Of a DNA stretch of 57,989 nt, positions 46,254 through 54,878 are shown piece after piece; the stretch's first letter is position 1, and each line of letters starts with the position of its first letter. Made by a program: the position numbers and the translations under genes. The notes under the pieces are model-generated. The model had not been told where the DNA came from, searched no databases, and saw only the letters and a program-made list of their open reading frames with translations. Source of the DNA: a virus. Taxonomy: Duplodnaviria; Caudoviricetes. The DNA is taken from positions 1 to 57,989 of IMG/VR virus record IMGVR_UViG_3300012922_000008. One strand, 5' to 3'.

Positions 46254-47058
46254 TTTCGTTCCTTCCCAGTATTTTAAGTGACTTCCATGTATCTTGGATA
46301 TCTAAATCAACCCGTGCCTCTAGCTTTAACTTCGGCTCAAATATCTTCTCAACTACCCTAGCAGCGTCATTATCCTTACTTTTGTATTGCTCAAAGAGCA
46401 TTTTTAGTCCTACCAATCCATTCAACTCAACCTTTGGATTAGTGGCAATCAACTTCGCCGCAGTTATACAAAGTAAAGTAGTTACAGGTGAATAGAGCCA
46501 AGAACACATAGACCTATATTCAAAATGATTGTCCTTATCAGCGCCCCTAACGGAGCTTAACTTCCCATAATCTAGTTGTCCATATCTCCTACGGTGATGA
46601 CAGTCCTCTTTGGGTAGGATATCCAAGTCCTCAAATAATATAGTAAGGGCATCTAAAGCCTTAACTCGTACTTGATTCTCTTTTGTTAGATACTCAAGGG
46701 GGATACTCTGATTCCTAAACTCATAAGTCCCGCAAGGAATATCAAAGTGTATATGCCCACCCAAGGTTATCAAGCGCCTAGGAGACTTATAATGTGCCCC
46801 ACCCCTAAACGTATATCCTGCATTAATAAGGTTCTTTGATACACTATGCATCAACAATAGCTTACGCATCCTTCTTAGTAACCTAAATGTCGATTTAGAT
46901 GGCTTTGGCTTAATCTCAAGTACATCCCCTCCGTGGTCAAGGGCAACCTCAAGAGCATCCTTTGTTGTATAAGCAGCAACATTAATTAAAGTACCAGCCT
47001 TATCCAAAGCTATATACTCAGGGTCAGCTCCAATTAAGAATGTGTTTACTAGTTGCAA
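46231..47058 (-). CDS. phiEco32-like COOH.NH2 ligase type 2 (copy 1)
   Basis: GADPEY, LEIKPKP, GGHIHF, RRYG, FEYR..SW. Confidence 0.85.
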   Translation of the reverse strand: MQLVNTFLIGADPEYIALDKAGTLINVAAYTTKDALEVALDHGGDVLEIKPKPSKSTFRLLRRMRKLLLMHSVSKNLINAGYTFRGGAHYKSPRRLITLGGHIHFDIPCGTYEFRNQSIPLEYLTKENQVRVKALDALTILFEDLDILPKEDCHHRRRYGQLDYGKLSSVRGADKDNHFEYRSMCSWLYSPVTTLLCITAAKLIATNPKVELNGLVGLKMLFEQYKSKDNDAARVVEKIFEPKLKLEARVDLDIQDTWKSLKILGRNENAVGSAL

Positions 47059-47673
47059 TTAACCTACCTCCTCATACAGAGGTGGAAGTTTGGGATTAAA
47101 CCAAATAGCGTCAGGTATTTGAACAGCTTGTGCTTGACCAGCTGCCCCTATTAACTGCCCTACATTTTGTATATTATGCTGTTGAACTACTTGATTAGCC
47201 CAACCAGCAGGCATATCATAAATTCTTCCTGCCTGTGGAACTTCTATTGGGTCAATAGGCAAGACATCTCCATCTCTATTGTTATATCTTACTTTATACT
47301 TAATATTACCGGGATTTTTAATATTTGGCTTCTTAATCTCAATCGGCTTCTTAAACTTTTTCCTCAATTTAGGAATCCCAAGCTTTAACTCAATCCTCTT
47401 CTTCCCGTAAAGAGACTTCTTTATCTTAGCCCCCTTAGGCTCCCTAAACACCTTAATATCCCACTTCCCTTCATTCTTAGCCATCCAAAATAACTTCTTC
47501 CAGTGCGGCCAAGTAGCAAATATTACTGGGGCAACTTGTTCAATTACAACATTTCTATATTTCTTCCTCCAACTTTCCTCAATATACCTATGAGCCATCC
47601 CGCCAATACAAGGTCCATACTGAGGATGCATGGCAACTATTCTAACTCTACTGCTCATTGTTTCTCCGCCCAA
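47059..47673 (-). CDS. Hypothetical Lys-rich protein
   Basis: K-rich middle and Q-rich C-terminus; lies between the ATP-grasp and ligase genes. Confidence 0.55.
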   Translation of the reverse strand: MGGETMSSRVRIVAMHPQYGPCIGGMAHRYIEESWRKKYRNVVIEQVAPVIFATWPHWKKLFWMAKNEGKWDIKVFREPKGAKIKKSLYGKKRIELKLGIPKLRKKFKKPIEIKKPNIKNPGNIKYKVRYNNRDGDVLPIDPIEVPQAGRIYDMPAGWANQVVQQHNIQNVGQLIGAAGQAQAVQIPDAIWFNPKLPPLYEEVG

Positions 47674-48413
47674 ATCGAAACATGCTTCGCTAACCTCACC
47701 CCCGAACTCCTCTGAATCGAATCAATATGAGGCATTGAATTAATCTCAAGCACATAATACTTCCCATCCTTCCCCTTCAATATATCCACCGCCCCCCAAT
47801 CCATACCTAATGCCGCCACAGCCTTAATACAAGGACCCTCTATTTGGTGGGTTCCGATTAACTCATCTCTCTTAATAAACTTAAATCCAAATCTCCGGTT
47901 CCGCATAAATCCTTCATACTCGCCTTTTCCCTTATAGACCTTTTCATAAGTGGCGAAGGCTTTGTTGCCTAGGACCCATACCCGATACTCCGTATCGGTT
48001 GGGATGAATACGCTGAAGAAGTCATGTTGGCCCACCCGCTGTACTTGACGAATATCGTTAGCGGTTTTACAAACTACAATATCTTTACCCTTAGTATGAT
48101 GTTTTTTTCTAGCTAAAACCGGTTGTAATTGAATCCAATAGCTAACATCTAGGTCATCATCTATATGAAACGTCTTAGGACATAGTACATTTTTATCTCT
48201 GAACTGCTTAAAACAATTGAACTTATCATACTGATTCACCTTACTATTCAGAAACGGCTTTGGCCCGTTATAACTTCTTCCCCAAGATAACCCCACCATA
48301 AATGGGTCATCCTCTGAACGGACTACCTCATGCCCAAGTTCCTCAAGATGATGAGTCATTATTTTGATTGCTGTGTTACTTGCTTTACCGCCTTTTAAGT
48401 AGATTGTTTGCAT
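47655..48413 (-). CDS. ATP-grasp amide ligase (RimK/YheC-like)
   Basis: EYRVWV, GAVDIL, YVLEINSMP. Confidence 0.88.
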   Translation of the reverse strand: MQTIYLKGGKASNTAIKIMTHHLEELGHEVVRSEDDPFMVGLSWGRSYNGPKPFLNSKVNQYDKFNCFKQFRDKNVLCPKTFHIDDDLDVSYWIQLQPVLARKKHHTKGKDIVVCKTANDIRQVQRVGQHDFFSVFIPTDTEYRVWVLGNKAFATYEKVYKGKGEYEGFMRNRRFGFKFIKRDELIGTHQIEGPCIKAVAALGMDWGAVDILKGKDGKYYVLEINSMPHIDSIQRSSGVRLAKHVSIWAEKQ

Positions 48414-48606
48414 TATTAATAGGCCATCGTACTCGATAGACTATAGTCCCCTTTCCGTTTACTATTATACTGGTGGTATCCTTGTATACATGAGCATTTT
48501 TCTTTTTATAAGTTCCAAACTTTCCTTGGTCAGTTGTTAATTCAACATAACGAGCGTCACGTTCTTCTTTAGAATAAAATACTTGTTCTTGATAGTTAGT
48601 TGACAC
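48385..48606 (-). CDS. Hypothetical protein
   Basis: GGAGAGG upstream; co-linear with the operon. Confidence 0.55.
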   Translation of the reverse strand: MSTNYQEQVFYSKEERDARYVELTTDQGKFGTYKKKNAHVYKDTTSIIVNGKGTIVYRVRWPINNANNLLKRR

Positions 48607-49609
48607 GTGCCTCTCCTAGAGGACTTCCACACCCACCCTTATCTTTCGGACAAACTAACTCATTCAAATCCATACTCAACTGATGCTTCCCAAGAATCAA
48701 CGGCTTCTGACACTTCGGACACGTTAATAATATCTTATCCCCGGCATCCTTAGCAGGGAGTATAGTCTTAACATCTTTATTAGTGTCTGCTTCTTTTGTC
48801 CACTTATCCTGGCGCTCTTTGTAATTAGTGTAAACTCTCCGTACAGGTTCTCTGTAAGTCCCCCAAAAGCTCTTAAACTCTCCGTGCATCTCTTTACCAT
48901 CCGGCCCAATAATCCATAATGTACTGTCAGGGAATGGGCTGAATCCCATATCAGACCTTGGGAACTGCCAGCAAATCTTAAACCTTTCTTTAACAGGCTT
49001 CATAGCTCGATGGATAACATTCTTCTCGCTAGCAAATACTAAGAAGTCATCTGTACTACCAAGCGTAAGCGGAGACCCCGACCTCCCAAATAACATTTTC
49101 CCAGGATACTTAGGACTCATAGCTGCTATCGCAGCAGAGCCTCTTACTTCATTCAACATCACTATAGCCTTAGGAGTAATACCATGCTCATCAATGATAG
49201 CTCTAATGATGTCTGAATCTGTCTCCGCAGCCCGGTCAAGCTTCAATCTCTTAAACACCTCATCATCATTCTCAATCTTCCCGTTATGAACAACAGCCGT
49301 ACATCCATTAAACATAGGATGATTGTTCTTTGCAAACCGCGGATTCCCCTTCGTAGCTGCCCGAGCATGAACTATAACCTGTTCTGCATCTTTTAGGTGC
49401 TCATTCATCCACTCTTCATATATCTGAGACTTTACAAACGTCCAAGCGGGAACATCGTTCTTTAAAGTATACACGTCCCCCTTCTTATTCTGAAGGGCAA
49501 TCCCAGACGCATCATTCCCACGATGTTCTAGTCCTGTAAGCAACAATCGAATCATGTACTCTTCGATTGGCTTGTCACTATACTTTCTGATTCCGGCTAG
49601 ACCGCACGT
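48596..49609 (-). CDS. Class II glutamine amidotransferase (Ntn fold), apparent ACG start
   Basis: Extended frame gives (M)CGLAG, then RGNDASG, HARAAT.G, NNHP, HNG, ETDS; C-terminal CPKC...C Zn ribbon. Confidence 0.88.
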   Translation of the reverse strand, partial: TCGLAGIRKYSDKPIEEYMIRLLLTGLEHRGNDASGIALQNKKGDVYTLKNDVPAWTFVKSQIYEEWMNEHLKDAEQVIVHARAATKGNPRFAKNNHPMFNGCTAVVHNGKIENDDEVFKRLKLDRAAETDSDIIRAIIDEHGITPKAIVMLNEVRGSAAIAAMSPKYPGKMLFGRSGSPLTLGSTDDFLVFASEKNVIHRAMKPVKERFKICWQFPRSDMGFSPFPDSTLWIIGPDGKEMHGEFKSFWGTYREPVRRVYTNYKERQDKWTKEADTNKDVKTILPAKDAGDKILLTCPKCQKPLILGKHQLSMDLNELVCPKDKGGCGSPLGEARVN

Positions 49610-49610
49610 A

Positions 49611-49811
49611 TCAATACCCTCCTTTCACTTTTTCCAATCGAATTTGAGCTAATCTGGCTCTTAAGCGCGTTTCCATATTAACAGCATGAATAACCTCATC
49701 GTGTTGACAATAATATTTATAGGAAGCACACCAAGCACTGGTATCATGGATATATTTACCAGTAGACTCTTTTTCTAAGTCCATCAATAATTTATCATCT
49801 ATATCAAGCAT
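49611..49811 (-). CDS. Hypothetical protein
   Basis: TAATG-coupled to the upstream ligase gene. Confidence 0.6.
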   Translation of the reverse strand: MLDIDDKLLMDLEKESTGKYIHDTSAWCASYKYYCQHDEVIHAVNMETRLRARLAQIRLEKVKGGY

Positions 49812-51310
49812 TATAAAGTTAGCTCCTTACCAATATATTTAACATTCTGCTTAACCTCATTCTTTCTGACCCAATCTTCAAAACACCCTTCCTTAACATC
49901 CTTAACATTCCATATTGGAAATAGCCCAGATGTAAGAACTTTTCTAACTTGTTGAATAGTATTATACTGTCTAAGAGATTGTGGAAGACAAATTCTAAGA
50001 TGCTTAACATCATTACCAACATTAGTACGCGCTAACTTCATATTCGGAAATATCTTAGTTATCTCTTGTAATCCTTTACTAAAATCATATTTCCCTTCCT
50101 CATATTGGATAATTTTAGCTTGGTCACTACTAGTAATCTCAATCCTCATACTTCTATGACAAGCTAAATCATGTACAATCTCTCCTACGCCCATCTTATG
50201 ATACGTCTGCGTGAAGCTCATATTCCATATATAGCCCTTTGGCAGCTCTTTAGGCTCCCAATTACAAACTGGTAGGTCGGGACGAATAGCTTCTTTATTT
50301 ACAAGATAATTAAACACAGCTTGTCTCTCATTCTCAGTCCCTTCAATTATTGAAGGATAATAAGAAACCGGCATCTTGTTTGGTTGAGGAAATACTATTC
50401 CCCATTCTACCTTAAAATCTCCTGCCCCTTGTTGTTTAGGTAATCCCCACTTCTTCAAAGCATTAAAAGCAATCCAAGCGTCATCGTCAACATTCTTATA
50501 ATAAGCTAACAAATTACTTATGGCCTTTTCAAGGAACTTAGCTTTCCTCTCAGAGTTCTTGTATATATTCAGTATCAACTTAGGCTCATATACTGTAAGC
50601 TTAGACAACACTAACACTAAATACGCCATCCAAGGGGAATCCATCCATGTAGGAAAGGACCTATACTCATATCCATATCGCTGAGGCCTAAAATCCCCAT
50701 AATGCCCATACTTAGTCTTAGCCCGACGATAGTCATTAAGTTTATCATTGAAAACTCCCAACAACATCAAAGACATATTAAGAGTATCAAAAGTGCTTAT
50801 ATCTCTGTCTCTTTCTATTGCTCCCCGCCTTCTTGCTAAATGAACATGTCCCCCAATTCCGTCCTGACCATCCCAAGGAGTACTTAACCAACTGTACTCC
50901 AAGCTACTCGGAAAAGTAACTGCCATCCACCTCAACTCTGCCAACATAGATGCAATAATATCCAATATAAACCTACTTGGCCGTGGCCTAAGCTCAACTA
51001 ACCTACCATTCATATCCATACCAAAAGCTAATCCAGTATTTAAACCAAGCTTCATAGCAGGTACTAATGAGCTAGTTAGCGGGTCTAACAATGAATACTC
51101 TGGGTCCGCCCCTACCGTAAACCTATTCACTAACCTTGGATTCTGGGGGATACAAGTAAGTGAATTAACAGTATTCATCTGGCCAATCCACTTCTCCACT
51201 AACCTATTTGGTATCCCTATCTTTACATTCTCAGGAATCTCTTCAATTGTTGTATATGCATGTTCAACAACAGATTTCAAGAATGTAGATTTCAATTCAG
51301 CAAATTCCAT
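49811..51310 (-). CDS. phiEco32-like COOH.NH2 ligase type 2 with C-terminal extension (copy 2)
   Basis: GADPEY, ELRPRP, GGHVHL, YGHYGDFRPQRYGYEYRSFPTW. Confidence 0.88.
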   Translation of the reverse strand: MEFAELKSTFLKSVVEHAYTTIEEIPENVKIGIPNRLVEKWIGQMNTVNSLTCIPQNPRLVNRFTVGADPEYSLLDPLTSSLVPAMKLGLNTGLAFGMDMNGRLVELRPRPSRFILDIIASMLAELRWMAVTFPSSLEYSWLSTPWDGQDGIGGHVHLARRRGAIERDRDISTFDTLNMSLMLLGVFNDKLNDYRRAKTKYGHYGDFRPQRYGYEYRSFPTWMDSPWMAYLVLVLSKLTVYEPKLILNIYKNSERKAKFLEKAISNLLAYYKNVDDDAWIAFNALKKWGLPKQQGAGDFKVEWGIVFPQPNKMPVSYYPSIIEGTENERQAVFNYLVNKEAIRPDLPVCNWEPKELPKGYIWNMSFTQTYHKMGVGEIVHDLACHRSMRIEITSSDQAKIIQYEEGKYDFSKGLQEITKIFPNMKLARTNVGNDVKHLRICLPQSLRQYNTIQQVRKVLTSGLFPIWNVKDVKEGCFEDWVRKNEVKQNVKYIGKELTL

Positions 51311-51318
51311 TTATCCCT

Positions 51319-51738
51319 CTAAGCGATACGATATATACCTTTAGATACAACATACGGCCATTTTAACCAATTAGGAAAGTTCTCTGCCATAACTTCAGGA
51401 TGATAAAACTGCCACAATTTTACATTCGTCTTACGAACACCCGGACTCCATCCTCCAGCATAATTCATGTCTAAATGAAGTAACCCTCCTCGGTCAAACT
51501 CTCCATATATCGTTATAGCTTCCACGTTCTTAACTGGAACCTTACAGAACTTCAACCATTCATTATACATAGTTCTAGATGGCTTACCAAGATACATAAA
51601 ACTACGCTTTCCCGCAATCGCACTTAAGAATATACGAGTAGGAGCTTTCCCAGGAAAGGGTTTAATTCCTCTTGCATGAGTTATACTCTCAGGCTTTTTA
51701 ATCCACTTTGATACTATTTGTGTAGTAAATCGTTTCAT
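51319..51738 (-). CDS. Hypothetical protein
   Basis: 139-aa ORF in the operon. Confidence 0.55.
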   Translation of the reverse strand: MKRFTTQIVSKWIKKPESITHARGIKPFPGKAPTRIFLSAIAGKRSFMYLGKPSRTMYNEWLKFCKVPVKNVEAITIYGEFDRGGLLHLDMNYAGGWSPGVRKTNVKLWQFYHPEVMAENFPNWLKWPYVVSKGIYRIA

Positions 51739-51750
51739 AATCGTTTCAAA

Positions 51751-52230
51751 TTAAGCTGGAATCTCTAACCCTGGTCTTTTAGCTTTCTGTCCCAAATCCT
51801 TCGTAAGATAGACAACCTTATTCCCTGACTTAGCGTTTATAAAGGGCTTACTAATCTCATAGTTAATTAGATTACCCCAAAGATGTTTATTAAGCCTCTC
51901 ATAAGACATAACTTGAGTTAAAATCAATGACCCAAACCCTGCCTCATATGCCGCTTCTCGAATAGCTTCAACTACCTGATTAAAATAAAGAGGCTCCCTA
52001 GGCATCGGGTCAATATAGCTCGCTGTCAAAACCGCACAGCACCCCGGCATCTGCTGAAGCATAAACACTGCATTAAAGTCCTTTGCCGTAATCTGGCAGT
52101 GAACCGCATCCCACTCGTTATGTCCCCACAACTTCTTAGGATTGCTCTTAAACCCCCACCCATTCTTCTCACAAATCTCTGGAAGTGTCTCCAGAATCAA
52201 GTTTGGATGTCCAACCATTTCTCTTAACAT
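51751..52230 (-). CDS. Hypothetical, possibly degenerate GNAT-like protein
   Basis: 'FMLQQMPGCC...A.EAGFGSLILT' parallels the neighbouring GNAT. Confidence 0.45.
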   Translation of the reverse strand: MLREMVGHPNLILETLPEICEKNGWGFKSNPKKLWGHNEWDAVHCQITAKDFNAVFMLQQMPGCCAVLTASYIDPMPREPLYFNQVVEAIREAAYEAGFGSLILTQVMSYERLNKHLWGNLINYEISKPFINAKSGNKVVYLTKDLGQKAKRPGLEIPA

Positions 52231-52349
52231 TACTTCGTTCTCCTTTTCTTATCAAATTGCTTCATGCTCACGGACCCACTTTTGGGTGGATAGATTGGGT
52301 GTCAAGTTCTCGGTCCCCTTCATAGCTACCTGTAACATAACAAGACATC

Positions 52350-52919
52350 TTATCCTCCCTTCTTCTTAACATCCTTAATCTGATTCATAGCCTGTCTCAA
52401 CGCATGTGGTGTAGCTGTAGTATACTCCCACTCAGCCTCACAGTCCTTACAACACAGCGGCAATCCATATACCTTACGATGTGTCGCTAAAGTACAGATA
52501 ATACACTCGTTAGAGCGTTTGAACATCTTATAAGCTTCTTCAAGTAGCGCTCCACATCCATTCTGTTTATGAGCCTTGCGCTCTTTCTTAGTGAAGTAGA
52601 AGCAATTACATGCTCTACAGTTCGCCCACCCCTTCCGCCAGTGTGAGCCTTGAGCGCCGCACCAATATCGATAATCACCACCGTTTAAAGGGTCACCTTC
52701 ACCAGTGAGATTAGTTACTGTGTAGCCAGTGTTAACTCGCTCCGCTACATAGTACTTCTCCATCTTGGGCATTCTGATGCCCCCAGGGAAGCCAGAGACT
52801 TTACGGACTAGGTAATCGGGGAGACTAATCATGCAATCGTTTTCCCCACAAAGCGGTTTTTGTGTCTCGACGACTAGTAAATCGTATCCATCCGCTAGTT
52901 TGAAGAAGATGAATCTCAA
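52350..52919 (-). CDS. Cys-rich hypothetical protein
   Basis: CRAC, CIIC, CCKDC. Confidence 0.55.
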   Translation of the reverse strand: MRFIFFKLADGYDLLVVETQKPLCGENDCMISLPDYLVRKVSGFPGGIRMPKMEKYYVAERVNTGYTVTNLTGEGDPLNGGDYRYWCGAQGSHWRKGWANCRACNCFYFTKKERKAHKQNGCGALLEEAYKMFKRSNECIICTLATHRKVYGLPLCCKDCEAEWEYTTATPHALRQAMNQIKDVKKKGG

Positions 52920-53217
52920 CTATATTGTCATTTTTTACCGTTGCTAACAATAAATTCACGCCAGCTTCTTTTGCCAAATTCTCGCGTAACTGTAAAAGTT
53001 TTCTTCCTTCTCCTCTATTACGAAATTGAGGTTCAACCAATACACCGTGAGTGATAATAGTACGTCTATTACCCGGCATAAAACTCATGCTAAACTTTGC
53101 AACAGTTGTTACATACTCTATTGTTCGTTTATCTCGAAGAATAGGATACATACCACGTGTATGAAAAGCACGCTGTAGCAGGTATATTGATTCATTAAGA
53201 GAGTTTGTGCGTATCAA
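52825..53217 (-). CDS. GNAT-family acetyltransferase
   Basis: Motif A VEPQFRNRGEGRKLL; N.......GW. Confidence 0.75.
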   Translation of the reverse strand: MIRTNSLNESIYLLQRAFHTRGMYPILRDKRTIEYVTTVAKFSMSFMPGNRRTIITHGVLVEPQFRNRGEGRKLLQLRENLAKEAGVNLLLATVKNDNIVEIHLLQTSGWIRFTSRRDTKTALWGKRLHD

Positions 53218-53375
53218 TTTTGAAAACCTTTCTCTGGGTTCCGTTTTGCCGGAACTGAAAACTCTACCTTCTCACTCTCTTCTTGACACTTTGGACACGG
53301 TTGAGTGTCGTACTTTGCATCTACAATACTCTCAAACCTCCCATGCTTAGGGCATTCAAACTCGAATATTGGCAC
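53214..53375 (-). CDS. FmdB-like zinc-ribbon protein (53 aa, not in ORF track)
   Basis: GTG start; MPIFEFECPKHGRFE...CPKC. Confidence 0.75.
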   Translation of the reverse strand: MPIFEFECPKHGRFESIVDAKYDTQPCPKCQEESEKVEFSVPAKRNPEKGFQN

Positions 53376-53805
53376 GATACACTCCATCTTCAATAGGATT
53401 ATTATACTTCATACCGGGAAACGTATGTTCATATACCCAAGAACTCATCCACCCAAAATCTGGTCCTTCAGGATTACCAACCCCAACTTCAACAATTTTA
53501 CGAGTGTAAGCAAACCCATTAGATTCAATGCTATCCAGCCATTTCCAAAGCTTCTGAGGAATCTTAAATACCTCCCCATACACTTCCCTATGAATATCCT
53601 CAGTAAACCGTAACCCAACCCCGCTACCAATGCTATAAAGAATAGCCCCCGGCAACACAGCCTCTCCAATAAACTCTGCTCTGTATGTAAGGTCAAGTAT
53701 AAACCCACGTTTTAATATGCCATAGACAAATAGATAATCACACACCTTCTCAGGCTCTTGAAGAGATACCTCATTCAAACTCCACGCTGGAATTACTCCC
53801 GTCAT
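53356..53805 (-). CDS. Gamma-glutamylcyclotransferase (AIG2-like)
   Basis: LFVYGILKRG, VYGEVF, LDSIE, WVY. Confidence 0.88.
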   Translation of the reverse strand: MTGVIPAWSLNEVSLQEPEKVCDYLFVYGILKRGFILDLTYRAEFIGEAVLPGAILYSIGSGVGLRFTEDIHREVYGEVFKIPQKLWKWLDSIESNGFAYTRKIVEVGVGNPEGPDFGWMSSWVYEHTFPGMKYNNPIEDGVYRANIRV

Positions 53806-53972
53806 TTATTCACCCACCCATTCAAAACTTGATTCCCGCACTTACAACGCCAGATTGGGAGGTCTAGGTTGTAGTCCACACTATGAGAGATAGAAAAGCG
53901 CAAGTACGCACGCCCCTCACAATGTCCACACTTTCGTCCAATTATAGCGTTCCAAATTACTCTTAACATCAT
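53802..53972 (-). CDS. Small Zn-ribbon protein (56 aa, not in ORF track)
   Basis: AAGGAG RBS; CGHC...WRCKCG; ATGA coupling to the GGCT gene. Confidence 0.6.
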   Translation of the reverse strand: MMLRVIWNAIIGRKCGHCEGRAYLRFSISHSVDYNLDLPIWRCKCGNQVLNGWVNK

Positions 53973-53979
53973 TACTCCT

Positions 53980-54545
53980 TAAAAAGTATCGGGGTGGGTG
54001 AAAAGCCCTCTCGCTCTAATCCACCCCTCGACATTTCCATTTGTTTTAGCGCAACCAGCGGCCAAACTGGTTTGGTTTTAGTCTACTATAGGGTCCACGA
54101 AGGTCCGCTAAGTATTTGTGCGCATATTCACCTACTTGAGAGAACTCAAGCAAATGAAGTCAATCACAGCTATTCACCGCTGTGAATATCAACCCAACAC
54201 AAAGCCTCTAAGAAGTGTGTCCTAGCTCTGCCCTAGTAGACAATTATCTTAAGTCATAGCCATATCCTTGTTTAGAACGGGGTGCCTGAGTATTCCATTA
54301 ATATAAAGCCCTTAACAGAACATCGGAAGTCAGCTCTCAATGGACCGTAGGTCCTCAAGCTTCCCACCTAGCCTCTACACCGCCCACAGAGGGACACGAA
54401 CATACAACCATCAACAACTATACACTAGGAACAACAACCACATAGCGGACTTGGCTCTCACCAAGCTGGCCCGAAAGGGCCACCCACCAATAGTCATCAC
54501 CAGCAGAGTGCGTTAGCATTCTTCGGCAATGTGTTGGGAACTCGT
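53980..54545 (-). ncRNA. Candidate large (~560-nt) structured non-coding RNA
   Basis: Long gap without a convincing ORF in a densely packed operon; about 10 visible helices including long-range ones; ends in a GC-rich hairpin plus U tract on the - strand. Confidence 0.65.
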
Positions 54546-54878
54546 TTATTCAAACATACTCCAAGCTTTATTGTATTCATCATCATTCATTAGACTTGAG
54601 TGGTCAGTTAATTTCTTATTAACCTCAGACTGACATATCCCACCACCACAAATCAAAACTCCCTTGTAGTTCCTTTGTACAGACCTTCCACAATAAAAGC
54701 ACATTAATCCAGGCATTACTTTCCCACTCCCGCCACAAGTTTCACAAACTTGTGAGTTTATTAAGGAGTTAAAGATAGCTTGTCCACTACAAGTAGGACA
54801 GCTTACTGGTTTGACAGTTTTGCCCAACTCTCCATACTCCCATCTCCATGACCAGTCCAGGGTTGATTGAACTTCCAA
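54546..54878 (-). CDS. DnaJ-type zinc-finger protein; start uncertain
   Basis: CPTCSG...CETCGGSG, CFYC. Confidence 0.6.
   Translation of the reverse strand: MEVQSTLDWSWRWEYGELGKTVKPVSCPTCSGQAIFNSLINSQVCETCGGSGKVMPGLMCFYCGRSVQRNYKGVLICGGGICQSEVNKKLTDHSSLMNDDEYNKAWSMFE

Noticed and set aside
53994-54185. 63-aa + strand ORF explaining the long gap
   Set aside because: Opposite to the operon, no motifs, and it covers only a third of the gap
53980-54545. tmRNA, RNase P RNA or self-splicing intron
   Set aside because: No tRNA-like ends, no GAGGAAAGUCC P4 consensus, no interrupted gene and no recognisable group I/II core
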